Shown: piece after piece, positions 32,311 through 43,913 of the stretch
Numbering within the stretch: position 1 is the stretch's first letter
Layout: each line of letters begins with the position of its first letter
Source: the human T2T-CHM13v2.0 reference genome, Homo sapiens
Reading direction: 5' to 3' (one strand)
DNA length: 64,000 bases
Assembly (NCBI RefSeq): GCF_009914755.1
Contig: NC_060947.1
The notes under the pieces: generated by a model
Seen by the model: only the letters and a program-made list of their open reading frames with translations
Databases searched by the model: none
Told to the model about the DNA's origin: nothing
Translations under genes and position numbers: made by a program

Positions 32311-32433
32311 GAGCAAAAACAGGGTGGTAGATAATCTCCCTTGTGCAATCAACAACTATAACCCGGCAGGTAGGGTGCCTACTATTGATACTGACTACAG
32401 AGAGTGTGGACTCCTCTAACCTGATACAGGATA

Positions 32434-32814
32434 TGAAGCCAGTTATCAATTTATTACCTCTCAGCTCCAAATTCACCCTTCAATATATATTCTTTGATAA
32501 TAGAGGGATTCTTTAAGCATCTCTCCTTTAAAGTAACATCGAAGAGCATAATGTTACACTTACTTAATAGGGGGCTCTGTAGGGACAGACACTGAAAGAG
32601 GAAGTGGTACTTCTATGATTTCTGGTTCTCAGAGTTGTGGACGTGAGGACATTCAAGAAGCTTTGTCTCAGGCCTGGGCCCAGAACAACTGTCTCTCAGC
32701 AAACCTGCAGTCCTGCTGTGCCCTAATGATCAGCTTCTTGTGGCCTTCTTGATAGGGACATGCTGTTCTCCAAGTCATCTGCCTACTGCTTCTCTCTGCT
32801 CACTTGCTCCACAG

Positions 32815-32860
<46 letters not shown>

Positions 32861-33358
32861 CCAGGTTCATGTAGTCCTGTCAATACTGCAGCCATCTCAA
32901 CACTGAGACCCCACCCTAATCCTGTGCATGGAGCATTGTTTACTCCAGGCCTCCAACTGAGCCAGGCCCCCCAACCCCTACTTCACACCCACTTACTAGC
33001 CACCAGCTATTGCTTGTCCACACTACCGTGCTTCAAAGGGGGGCTTCTTGCTTCCTCTGTGATCGTAGACCAGTTCTAGCTCTGCAGACCAGCTCAGGTA
33101 CTGGCAAACCAGTGGAACTTCTCTGCCATCCAGTGGGTTCTTCTCCAATTAGGTATGAAATCCAGCCTTGGGGAGAAGCTTTCATTCTAAGTTTGTCTTT
33201 CCTTGGATACTCTCCCCCAGTCCCAGAAAACCCCATATAGAGTTGTCTTGTATTCTATATAAGATATTTTATCATAGTTTAATGATTCTTTATATTAAAC
33301 CTTCTCTTTCTAGATCACTGTGTGCTTTCTATCTCTGGATTGAATCTATATTGCTACA
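32434..33358 (+). mobile_element. Old ERVL-class solo LTR (LTR41/LTR52-like)
   Basis: cctctcagctccaaattcacccttc near the 5' end; ATTAAA then ...ttgctaca at the 3' end; TG...CA ends; family name from memory. Confidence 0.55.
32817..32858. repeat. (CA)n microsatellite
   Basis: About 21 CA units visible. Confidence 0.95.
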
Positions 33359-33359
33359 G

Positions 33360-35470
33360 AACACAACATCTACAGCAAGCATCATTCTTAATGGAGAATC
33401 ACTGAAAGCTTTCTCTTTAAGAGCTTCATCAAGTAAGGATGTCCACTATCACCACTTCTATTCAATAGTTTACTGGGGGTGGTGATGGGGTCCCAGACAG
33501 AGCAGTAGAGCAAGAAAAAGAAATAAGATATTTGGAAAGGAAGAAGAAAGACTGGCACTATTTACAGATGATATGACAGTGTACATAAAATTCCACAAAG
33601 TATTACAGACAAATTATTAGAATCAATAGAAGAGTTTATACGCTTGTAGGATAAAATCTTAATGAACAAAAGTCAATTGCATCCTATTTATTTACCAGAA
33701 ACAAATTTAGACAGTAAAAATTCCAAACAGGATTTGCACAATATGAAGTGCCTAGGACAAAAAAGTTGCCTTTTGGGAAAAATATAAAGTATTACTTGGG
33801 CACATTAAAGGAGACCTTATTAAAAGGAGAGACAGACCAAAGCCATGAACCAAACTTTCAATATTGAGAAGTCAAATCTAAAATATCAGCACAATATGAA
33901 TTAGAACCCCAAACTAGCTGTTGGTTGAAGTTTTTATGATGAGTTTATAATTTAAATGGAATTGAAATGGGCCAAAAGTAGCCAAGACACTTTTGAAGAA
34001 AGATGTAGAATTTACTGCCTTATCCAAATATCAGAATTGACTATGGATCTGTAGTAATTAAGACAGTGTGATATTTCAAACAAATAGGGCCGAGCACTTA
34101 ATAGCGAGTATAGGAACTAGCCCACATATGGGTAGATACTTGATTTATGGCACTGTAAATCAGTTGGCAAAAGGCAGACTTTTCAATAAGTGGTTCACTG
34201 AGAAAACTGGATATTCAAACAAATAAATAAATAAATAAATAAATGGAACCCCACTCAACACAATATACAAACATCAATTGCAGGTGGATTAAGACCTGAC
34301 TGTGAAGGGCAATAGCATACGTATTTTGGAAGAAAATATAGAAAACGCTTTCATGGCCCAGGGTTTCTTAAAACAGAAAAGATTTCTTAAAACAGATTTC
34401 TTAAAACAAAAACACACTAACCATCAGGAAAAGAATGATGAATTTGACTATATTATAATTAAGATCTTCTGTTCACAAAACACAGCACAAAGCAATGGGA
34501 AATACAAACAGAACAAGGGAATATTTTGGCCACAGGTATGGACTAGTATTTAAAATATTTAACAGGCTCATTAAGTCAGTAAGTACTAGATGAACAATAG
34601 AATAGAAACATGGGTTAAAAGAGGTAAATTTGAATAGGCCTTCTTCGGAGTAGACACTCCAAAAGGCTCATAAACACGAAAATGTGCTAAAGCTTACTAG
34701 TAATTTGGGTATTGCCCACCAGTAGACTGGCAAAATTTAAATTCTGGCAATACTTGGTGTGGGTGAAGATGTGGAGCAGTAGGGGCTCTCTGTGCTGCTG
34801 GTGGGATTGACAGCTTGCCCAATCACTACAGAGAACAATTTGGCATCATCTAGTAAAGCTCAGGATATCCATACCCTATGGCCCTGTGATTCTATTCTTG
34901 GATATATACCCTAGAGAGATTTTTACACATGTGTCCCATGAGAAATGTGCAAGAATGTTCATAATAATCGCTGAAAAATAGAAGCAATCCTAATGTTCAT
35001 CTGCTGTAGAATGGAGTGGTATAATCATACCATAATCACTTTGCTATAAGCATATGCTGGAACGACAGTCGATGGAGACAAAGGATCTACTTACTTATAA
35101 CTATTATGAACAACATGGATGAGTCTCAAGTATAATACAGAGTGAAAGAAACAAGTTATAAAAGGAAACTTGCCGTATGATTCCATTTATACAACTTCGT
35201 ATCAACTCTATTGTTTACGGATGCGTACAAAAGTGATAAAGCTATAAAGGAAAGCAGTGAAATGATTATTACAAAGTCAGGGCAATGACTATATTCATAT
35301 AGGAGAGTGTGGGTTGTGATTGGGAGGAGTACAGCGGCTGTATTCTGGAAGGCTGGCAGTGGTCTATTGCTTGACCTTGGTCCTGGTTACACAGGTGTCT
35401 GCTTTTGTAAAATAATCTAAACGATACAAATATGTTTTATGCACTCTTCTATACCTCAGATTTGAAAAAT
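33360..35470 (+). mobile_element. Old L1M (L1ME/MD-like) fragment: ORF2 RT to 3'UTR
   Basis: ASIILNGESLKAFSLR in ORF 33168-33485, tatttacagatgatatg (FADD equivalent), later ORF2 and 3'UTR motifs; (TAAA)n at about 34220-34243. Confidence 0.8.
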
Positions 35471-36469
35471 GCTTCCACCAGAAAAAGTAATAGAAAGAAA
35501 AGTATGTGGAGTAGACATTTTGATGAGGTTCAAATAGTTATGGATGAATAGCTTGATTTTCAAGAGACCAAGTGTCCACTGTCATTAAAAGAGGGCGAGA
35601 GAGCTGGGAGTATTTAAACAACAGGTTACACCCCGCTCCCCCACCACCACCAATCTAGTCATTACTCTAAGCTTTCTTATCTCAGATATTTCACCCTATA
35701 TTTGTGTCAATTCCCAACTCAGTCGTAACGGACAAAATGAAGGATTGTCATCATCATTAATAAGATCATTAGGCACCACAGGCCCAGCAAGCCTGGGCCA
35801 CCACACTTAAATGTGAACAGGTACACCAGGTTGATTGGACAAGATCGTCTGTGCCTTTTACTTGGCAGAATCCATTGCAGTGACTCAGGATTTAACCTAA
35901 ACACATTTAACTGAAACTCCTGCCCAGAGACCTCCACGTGCTGGAGAAGGCAGAGTAAACTGAGGAATGAATGCCCTCATTGTGCTGTGAGAGCAGACAT
36001 GAAATTTATCACAGTACAACCGATGGTGGAAGGGCAAAAGTTGGTTTAGGTTGTGCACTGTATAGGGAGAAGCCAGGAGAAGGTTGGGTTTTTTCCAGAT
36101 TTCAGTGTAAATTGTTTCATCCTCCAGACTTTGAATTTCTAGGCTGAAGAGTGCTAACCTGTTTTGGCCGCATCTCTCACTCATTCTAATGTCTGTATCA
36201 GCAAGACAAAATTTGAACTATGCGGCAAATTGTACCGAAGACTTTGCTCAAGATAATTGTGAATATGGAAGTTGTCCCGCGGGGAGGTGGGAAGGGGAAG
36301 GACATTTTCAGCAGAACTGCCAGCGCTATGGTGGTTTAATGCTGACACAGAGACAGTTTTTTCTCTCAGGAATTGTCTTTCATCCATCAGTCCAGCCAGC
36401 CAGCCAGCCAGCAAATTTTAACACACAGAAAGTACGAAGCAACATATCTAACACTGGGAGGGGCTGGGG

Positions 36470-36775
36470 TGTGTTTATTTGGGTATATACAATGAGTCAT
36501 GGATTAAAATTGCTTCCAGCGGATAGATACCTAGGTGTTCCACAGCATTACTGAACAAGCTGTCGTCATTTCCCCATTACCTCAGAAGACCCCCTTAATT
36601 ACTTACTTATATTAACTGTAGAACGTATTTATGCATACCAGGCTCTACCTCTGGGCTTTCTATTCTGTTCCAGAGACCCAGTACCAGAATATTTAAATCA
36701 CTGTGGCGTTAAATACGTTTTAATATCTGATAGGGCCAGTTTCTGCGCATTGCACATTTTTTTTTCCCCTTTCAG
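36470..36775 (-). mobile_element. Ancient antisense L1M ORF2 fragment immediately upstream of ZXDB
   Basis: tttccccat, ctgggctttctattctgttcca, ccagtacca, ttttaatatctgatagggccag in the same order as in reverse-complement L1 ORF2 (compare 15240-15467 and 53320-53520). Confidence 0.7.
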
Positions 36776-36857
36776 GAACGTGTTCAGGCCCGCGGCAGGG
36801 GGCGGGATCGCGCCTCCTCCTCGGCTCTGGTTCCAGCCGAGCCTCTCGGACGCAGAG

Positions 36858-39269
36858 ATGGAAATCCCGAAGCTGCTCCCGGCTCGCGGGACACTACAGG
36901 GCGGCGGCGGCGGCGGTATCCCCGCGGGTGGCGGCCGAGTCCACCGAGGCCCTGACTCGCCGGCTGGCCAGGTCCCCACGCGCCGCCTCCTGCTGCTCCG
37001 GGGCCCCCAAGATGGCGGGCCCGGGCGGCGGCGCGAGGAGGCCAGCACGGCATCACGGGGCCCTGGCCCAAGCCTGTTGGCGCCGAGGACCGATCAACCT
37101 AGCGGCGGCGGCGGCGGCGGCGGCGACGACTTCTTCCTGGTGCTGCTTGACCCGGTGGGTGGCGACGTGGAGACCGCGGGCTCCGGTCAGGCCGCAGGGC
37201 CTGTGTTGAGGGAGGAGGCCGAGGAGGGCCCGGGGCTCCAGGGGGGCGAGAGCGGCGCGAATCCCGCGGGGCCCACTGCGCTAGGCCCCCGCTGCCTGTC
37301 CGCGGTTCCCACTCCGGCCCCGATCTCCGCCCCCGGCCCCGCCGCGGCCTTCGCGGGCACAGTCACTATCCACAACCAGGACCTGCTGTTGCGCTTTGAG
37401 AACGGCGTCCTCACCCTGGCCACGCCCCCACCACACGCCTGGGAGCCAGGGGCCGCTCCTGCCCAGCAGCCCGGGTGTCTGATCGCCCCGCAAGCTGGGT
37501 TCCCGCATGCCGCGCACCCGGGTGACTGCCCAGAGCTGCCGCCAGACCTCCTGCTAGCTGAGCCGGCCGAACCCGCGCCAGCTCCGGCGCCTGAGGAGGA
37601 GGCGGAGGGCCCGGCCGCCGCCCTGGGCCCCCGCGGACCGCTGGGCTCCGGCCCAGGCGTGGTGCTGTACTTGTGCCCCGAGGCGCAGTGCGGGCAAACC
37701 TTCGCCAAGAAGCACCAGCTGAAGGTGCACCTGCTGACGCACAGCAGCAGCCAGGGCCAGAGGCCCTTCAAATGCCCCCTGGGTGGCTGCGGCTGGACCT
37801 TCACCACCTCTTACAAGCTCAAGAGGCACCTGCAGTCGCACGACAAACTGCGGCCCTTTGGCTGCCCGGCAGAGGGCTGTGGCAAGAGCTTCACCACAGT
37901 GTACAACCTCAAGGCGCACATGAAGGGCCATGAGCAGGAGAACTCATTCAAATGCGAGGTGTGCGAGGAGAGCTTCCCCACGCAGGCCAAACTCAGCGCC
38001 CACCAGCGCAGCCACTTCGAACCTGAGAGGCCTTACCAGTGCGCGTTTTCTGGCTGCAAGAAGACATTTATCACAGTGAGTGCTCTGTTTTCCCATAACC
38101 GCGCCCATTTCAGGGAACAGGAACTGTTTTCCTGCTCTTTTCCTGGCTGCAGCAAACAATATGACAAGGCTTGTAGGCTGAAAATTCACCTGCGGAGTCA
38201 CACCGGCGAGAGACCTTTCCTTTGTGACTTTGATGGCTGTGGCTGGAACTTCACTAGCATGTCCAAACTCTTAAGGCACAAAAGAAAGCACGACGATGAC
38301 CGGAGGTTCATGTGCCCTGTGGAAGGCTGTGGGAAATCTTTCACGAGGGCGGAACATCTGAAAGGCCACAGCATAACCCACCTGGGCACAAAGCCTTTCG
38401 TGTGTCCTGTGGCAGGCTGCTGTGCCAGGTTCTCTGCTCGCAGTAGCCTCTACATTCACTCCAAGAAACACCTGCAGGATGTGGACACTTGGAAAAGCCG
38501 TTGCCCGATCTCCTCTTGTAATAAACTCTTCACATCCAAGCACAGCATGAAGACGCACATGGTTAAAAGGCATAAGGTGGGCCAGGATCTCTTAGCTCAG
38601 CTAGAAGCAGCAAATTCTCTCACACCCAGCAGTGAACTTACCAGCCAGAGACAGAATGATCTCAGTGATGCAGAGATAGTGTCTCTCTTCTCTGATGTAC
38701 CTGACAGTACTTCTGCTGCATTGCTGGACACAGCATTGGTGAACTCTGGAATCTTGACTATTGATGTGGCTTCTGTGAGCTCGACTCTGGCAGGGCACCT
38801 CCCTGCTAATAATAATAATTCCGTAGGGCAGGCTGTGGACCCTCCGTCCTTGATGGCCACCAGCGACCCTCCTCAAAGTCTGGATACCTCTCTCTTTTTT
38901 GGAACGGCGGCCACTGGTTTTCAGCAGAGCTCCTTAAATATGGATGAGGTCTCAAGTGTAAGTGTGGGGCCATTGGGATCTCTGGACTCTTTGGCCATGA
39001 AAAACTCCAGTCCAGAGCCTCAGGCTTTGACACCCAGCAGTAAGCTAACAGTGGACACAGATGCTCTGACTCCTTCGAGCACCCTTTGTGAAAACAGTGT
39101 CTCAGAACTACTGACACCAACCAAAGCGGAGTGGAACGTACATCCTGACTCTGACTTCTTTGGACAGGAGGGAGAAACCCAGTTTGGATTCCCCAATGCA
39201 GCAGGAAACCATGGTTCTCAGAAAGAAACAGATCTTATCACTGTGACTGGCAGCTCATTTTTGGTATGA
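36858..39269 (+). CDS. ZXDB: Zinc finger X-linked protein ZXDB, 803 aa, single coding exon (ZXD family, CIITA/MHC transcription cofactor family)
   Basis: Uninterrupted ORF from ATG in strong Kozak context (GAGATGG); MEIPKLLPARG N-terminus, ten C2H2 fingers, acidic Ser-rich C-terminus ending VTGSSFLV; 803 aa and the Gly7 tract fit ZXDB rather than the 799-aa ZXDA. Confidence 0.95.
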   Translation: MEIPKLLPARGTLQGGGGGGIPAGGGRVHRGPDSPAGQVPTRRLLLLRGPQDGGPGRRREEASTASRGPGPSLLAPRTDQPSGGGGGGGDDFFLVLLDPVGGDVETAGSGQAAGPVLREEAEEGPGLQGGESGANPAGPTALGPRCLSAVPTPAPISAPGPAAAFAGTVTIHNQDLLLRFENGVLTLATPPPHAWEPGAAPAQQPGCLIAPQAGFPHAAHPGDCPELPPDLLLAEPAEPAPAPAPEEEAEGPAAALGPRGPLGSGPGVVLYLCPEAQCGQTFAKKHQLKVHLLTHSSSQGQRPFKCPLGGCGWTFTTSYKLKRHLQSHDKLRPFGCPAEGCGKSFTTVYNLKAHMKGHEQENSFKCEVCEESFPTQAKLSAHQRSHFEPERPYQCAFSGCKKTFITVSALFSHNRAHFREQELFSCSFPGCSKQYDKACRLKIHLRSHTGERPFLCDFDGCGWNFTSMSKLLRHKRKHDDDRRFMCPVEGCGKSFTRAEHLKGHSITHLGTKPFVCPVAGCCARFSARSSLYIHSKKHLQDVDTWKSRCPISSCNKLFTSKHSMKTHMVKRHKVGQDLLAQLEAANSLTPSSELTSQRQNDLSDAEIVSLFSDVPDSTSAALLDTALVNSGILTIDVASVSSTLAGHLPANNNNSVGQAVDPPSLMATSDPPQSLDTSLFFGTAATGFQQSSLNMDEVSSVSVGPLGSLDSLAMKNSSPEPQALTPSSKLTVDTDALTPSSTLCENSVSELLTPTKAEWNVHPDSDFFGQEGETQFGFPNAAGNHGSQKETDLITVTGSSFLV
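36900..36917 (+). repeat. (GGC)5GGT coding repeat, Gly6
   Basis: LQGGGGGGIP in ZXDB. Confidence 0.9.
37104..37124 (+). repeat. (GGC)7 coding repeat, Gly7
   Basis: PSGGGGGGGDD in ZXDB. Confidence 0.95.
37668..38573 (+). other. Array of ten C2H2 zinc fingers in ZXDB
   Basis: Counted from CPEAQC..HLLTH to CPISSC..HMVKRH, mostly CX4C type, with one canonical TGERPF linker. Confidence 0.95.
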
Positions 39270-39377
39270 ACCAACTCTATTCATTCCTCATCATGTGGCT
39301 TACTTTTATTACAGTCAATTTTGAGGATATTCTGGACTAAATATTTAAGTGCAGTCATTTCTTTTTGGTTTGCAAAA

Positions 39378-39553
39378 AGAGCACAGCCCTGGACTACAAG
39401 TTTGGAGATTTAAATTCTGATCTTGAGTTTGGAACTGACAAGTTGTGTGACCCTGAGCAAGTCAGTTAACCTATCTGAGCCTTAATTTCCTTATTTATAA
39501 ATTGAGGTGGTTTGAATAGATTGCTTTTAAGGTCTTTCTGCTCTGTGATTCCT
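39378..39553 (+). mobile_element. MIR SINE in the ZXDB 3'UTR
   Basis: MIR core tgtgtgaccctgagcaagtcagttaacctatctgagccttaatttcc..tataaa. Confidence 0.8.
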
Positions 39554-39689
39554 TGATAATACATTTCTTTCCTTGAAAAATATGAGGACGTTTTTCAGTG
39601 ATGTGGCATGCGTTTTTTTTTAACTGCCCCCCCAGCCCTGACATGTTCTTTTTTTGGCAAACATACATAATGTTACATCATACTATGAT

Positions 39690-40380
39690 GAACATCCATG
39701 TACTTTTCACTCAATTTCAGCAATTATGAATCCATGAACAATCTTTTTTAACTTAGCCTCACTCACTCCCCATGTTCTAGTATTATTTTGTAACAAATAG
39801 CAGACATCTGATCATTTTATCCATAAATATTCTTTATATATCTCTGAAAGCTATGGGATGATATGGAAAAAAATGATAATTCCATTATCGCAAGTGATAT
39901 TTACAGTAATTCTTTAATATCAGTAAATATCCAGTGAGGGTTCAAACTTCCAATTGCCTCATAAATGCTACTTGTTTTATTATTTTTAATTAGTAGAATC
40001 CCGTAAATCTCCTAAGTGTCTTCTTAATCCGTATGTTTCCCTTTCATCTTTCTTTTTTTCCTTGCGATTTTGTTTATGAAATGAGGTTGTTTCACATGTA
40101 GCATTTGCCACAATTTAAGTTTTGCTAATTGCATCCCTATGGTAATGTTTGCTTTCCTCTATCCTCTGTTTCTTTAATTTGCTAGTTATGTCTAGAGACT
40201 TGATGAGATTGAAACATGGCTTTTGGCATGAATGTTTCATAGGTTATGTTGTGTTCATTTAGTAGGTGGCGCATAATCTGTGGTTTTCTCTCTTTTTGTG
40301 GTATTAGCAGCTGCTGCAGATAAATGCATTAATTCATGATGCTTCTGATATGATGAGTCATCTTTGTAGAGTTACTAAGC
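39690..40380 (-). mobile_element. Old L1MC-like 3' end fragment in the ZXDB 3'UTR
   Basis: aattctttaatatcagtaaatatccagtgagggttcaaacttcc and neighbouring motifs recalled from L1MC4/5 3' ends. Confidence 0.55.
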
Positions 40381-40554
40381 ATTAGCAAAGGAGGAAATGC
40401 TATGTAATAGAAATATTATTCAATGCCAAAATATTTTCTTAAATAGTCATAGAACTAACAAGAAAAAATAGATAGCAAAAAAATGTGTTGGCTGTTCTCA
40501 CTGTTTATCTTCCTAACTTCTTTTGATGATGGAAGGCAGTTTTGTGGAAATTGC

Positions 40555-40660
40555 CAGCCAGGACTTTGACATGAAACAGACCCAGGGCTAAATTTTGGCT
40601 CTGTGGTGTTGGATAAGTGGCCTTGAATAAATTAGTTATTAAGCTTCAGTTTTCTAGCTT
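40555..40660 (+). mobile_element. MIR fragment
   Basis: ggactttg..cagacccaggg.taaattttggctct..tggccttg resembles the MIR core. Confidence 0.55.
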
Positions 40661-40906
40661 TTAACTGATTATAACAATGCACACACATACCTGACACACT
40701 GTTAAATTTTCTTCTCTTCCTGTTTCTTATGTTAAGGAAAGATACTCTGTGTTTTGGCATATGTTGGTGAATTTGTACCATTTTTATCCTCTCAGTCCTT
40801 CCTTTTATAAGACAATAATTGGAGTAGTTTAATCTTATTCATGTGCAGATAAAAGAGGTTTATGAAGTTTAGGGTGAAGTAGGCAAGGGAATCTGTTTAC
40901 TCCCTC

Positions 40907-40953
40907 TTCCCTCTACTGAATAATTTTCCCTCTACTGAATAATTTTCCCTCTA
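40907..40953. repeat. 19-bp tandem duplication, about 2.5 copies
   Basis: TTCCCTCTACTGAATAATT x2 followed by TTCCCTCTA. Confidence 0.9.
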
Positions 40954-41219
40954 AGAATTGCTGTGGGTAATACCAGGAGTGGAGACATTGCCCACATGCA
41001 TAAGAGCGTATCTCTCCATTCGATCAGTTTGTCACCATCTTTGCTCTGTTTTGAAAGTCAGGCTTCTCTGTGACTGTGAAGCCTGCTGTTCCCTGAAAAT
41101 CTGATAATGGAGCAGTGGAGGTTTTTTTCTTTCTGTGCTCTGTAGATCTCATTGTTTGCACTTGTAATTTCCCAGAGTTGAAAGGAAAGATTGAACTGGA
41201 ATATTGTGTAAACTATCTG

Positions 41220-41305
41220 TCTTACATTAGTGTAGCATTTTGCAATTTGGGGAACATCTTCACAATTTGTGTCTCGTTGTTCAGAACAACCCTGTGAAGT
41301 AGTTT
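41220..41305 (-). mobile_element. MIR fragment
   Basis: ttcaca...tctc...aacaaccctgtgaagtag is typical of reverse-strand MIR. Confidence 0.55.
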
Positions 41306-42261
41306 TGGCAATGTCTGTGTTACATTTCATGTAATTTAGCCAACTCCCATTCCAACTAGGCTTTGGCTAAATCTGACAATTTTATATATAGCTTAAAACA
41401 AAGAATATACATTCTTTTCACCCCTCCCAGTCTACCCATCCAGCCTTCATGATTCATTCCTGTGTCAAGGTTAGTCGCTGTTTTCCATTTGAATTGGTTT
41501 CTTTTATGGTCAGTTTACTTTCTTCCCTCTCCCCTCCCTTTCCTGCACATCCCCATCCTTGCTATGCCTTTCTGTCCTCTTTTATAATGGATATATCTTT
41601 TTCCTGCCATTATCCCTCAGACATTCTCCTCATGGCACATTTTCTTCAAATGCTAACATTTACTGAGTGTACATTGAAGTTCTGTGCATACAGGAAGAAG
41701 TTATTTTCTGAGCTTAGATAATACTATGTGTATATGTGATTAAAATGAAGATTATTTTCTAAAGCCTTCAAATTAGAAGTGGATTTCTGTTTCATTACTT
41801 CCGTTTTAAAAGTTTTTGCCAGAGAGTTTTGCTAAATACTCTCTTATTTGCTCTAGTGTACTAGTCCAGTAGTGTTTGCATGTGGATGTCTGTGGATGAC
41901 AGTTATTGTAGCACTTTGGCAGTGCACTAAAATTTTGCCACTATGAAATGTTTCTTTATTGTGTGTGCGTGTGTGTTTTGAAATACGCACACAGCCACAC
42001 CCACATATATATTAAAAGTGGTTGTATTCATTTAGTGAAAAACAAAAAGTAGATGTACTTCTGTAAATCAGATAAATGCTTGGAATTTGATTGTCTACCC
42101 AATCAACAGTTTTCCCTCTTTGCTCTGGAAATATTTGTACTCATATAGCATATTTCAAAAATGTTGTCATTCATTAAGGCCTCTTAAATAGACCACTATT
42201 TTTTGTGTCTGGCAGATGAGTATGTCAAGGATTGAGATGAACACATAAGTCTTGGAAATTA

Positions 42262-42267
42262 AATAAA
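42262..42267 (+). terminator. Candidate ZXDB polyadenylation signal (second AATAAA at 42336-42341)
   Basis: AATAAA about 3 kb after the stop, followed by T/GT-rich sequence; usage not provable from sequence. Confidence 0.55.
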
Positions 42268-42939
42268 TTTATAAACATAAAGATAATTTAATGCTGTGAC
42301 TTCATTTTTTAAATTCTTTAAACCAACTTTCTCCCAATAAAAAATTATAAACTATGTCTTTTCCTACTTACTCCTGGAATTTTCAAAGGAAAATTTTACG
42401 TTCTCAAAGGGAACAGCTTTTATTTGTCCATGGGCTCACAAAGTTTCACTGAACAAATTTGTTCAAATGATTTCTCTTTCAACATCATTTTCTAGCAAAA
42501 TCATGGAGAACAGCTTTACACTTTCAAGGTAATAGGTATAATTCTGTTGGTGGTGACAAGCTGCACTTAACTAGTCTGAAAAAAGTTGCCATCACTCCTT
42601 TTAAATAATGGTACTTGTTTTAATTTCATCCTGTTTCCTTTCTGCTTCTCCTCAGGCATTGACTTATTAAAACTTCTCGTCAATTGCAAACACAGTAACA
42701 TAATGGCTTAAAAAGAATTATGTTTCTAGGGGCTCCATTGATCATGTTGGTCATAAGCTAAAAATACACTGACATTTGTATTTTTTACCAATTAGTATAA
42801 TTAATACAACAAAATGCTTGAGTAGTAGTCGAGAAACATGGATAGACTATGAAGTTTGTCTCTGTGACCTACATTGTTCATGTTCATGTCCAGGAAACAT
42901 ATAAGAAAGCAATTTGTAAGCTGGAGATTATACTGTATA

Positions 42940-43690
42940 TATTCCAAATTAACAAATATTTACTGAGCGTCATTGTGAAGATTACACCATAACATATTGA
43001 AGGGTCTGTGAGAGGAGTACTATATAACCCTGACCTTTAAAGAGATCGCCATTGATGGGAGGAGATAGAAAAATAATATATTAAACTATTGAAGAACAAA
43101 AACGGAAAAATGTTTACTTTGGCACCAAATGAAAATGATTAAGAGGTTAACAAAAAAAAAGCAGTAAGAATAATGAGACATTTATTCTGGGCACAGAGAA
43201 GAGCCACCAAATATGTTTTAATAGAGGAGTCAGACAATGAAAATTATGTTTTAGAAAAGTTAATGTCATGCAAGTGTACAATGTGGATTAGATGGGAAAG
43301 ACCGGAATAGGAAAATCAGTGAGAAAGCTTTTGCAGCAATCAAGGTGTGATATGAAGGATGAAGCCAGGACTAGGATGGTGTCAGTGGAGAGGTATTGGA
43401 AATATTTTCAAATATTTCCAGTATTTGAAGACAGATTTCAAATATCAGATAATTTCAAATATCTCTTCAAATACTGAAGAGAAGAAGGAATATTACTTAG
43501 TACCTCATTGCGGTGGAGTGGGGGGGAAGAAAAGAGGGAGGGAGGGAGAGAGAGATCATCATGGAAACCAAGAATGGTAACTCAGGTTTCCTTGGGGACT
43601 ATAATAATCATATTTTTACTAACAGAATGAGGGAAGTAAGAGTTCTTTCTGAGAATCAGTGTATAAAGATGGTGTATTTAGTTAAACAAT
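42940..43690 (-). mobile_element. LINE-2 fragments
   Basis: aacaaatatttactgagc and cctgacctttaaagag (L2 3' end); gtggattag..cagtgagaaagcttttgcagcaatcaaggtg..ggactaggatggtg.cagtggag (L2 body). Confidence 0.7.
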
Positions 43691-43913
43691 AATTGTTAAA
43701 GCATTGTTATCCTGCATGAGGATACATTATAACGTGGATACATTGTGGTTTATCCACTTTCTAGAAGACAGCAAAAGGCTACTTTTTTTTTTTATTTTTT
43801 TTTTGGCAGGGGGTTCCTTTAGGCATTCTCAGAACTACCTACACAGTTATGATCCTCTTACCTCCTTTTGAATTACGAGAGACCTCCCCAGCTTGTCTTG
43901 AATGATCCAGATC

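Larger units (their letters stand above)
36776..37900. promoter_or_regulatory. CpG island over the ZXDB 5'UTR and 5' coding region
   Basis: Abrupt shift to very high GC and dense CpG compared with the CpG-depleted rest of the window. Confidence 0.9.

Noticed and set aside
36750-36857. 839-aa ORF start given by the ORF track
   Set aside because: Starts at TTG in L1-derived sequence; the ATG at 36858 has strong Kozak context and gives the known 803-aa protein
37187-37807. 206-aa antisense ORF and other ORFs overlapping ZXDB
   Set aside because: Shadow frames of a GC-rich coding region with no recognisable domain
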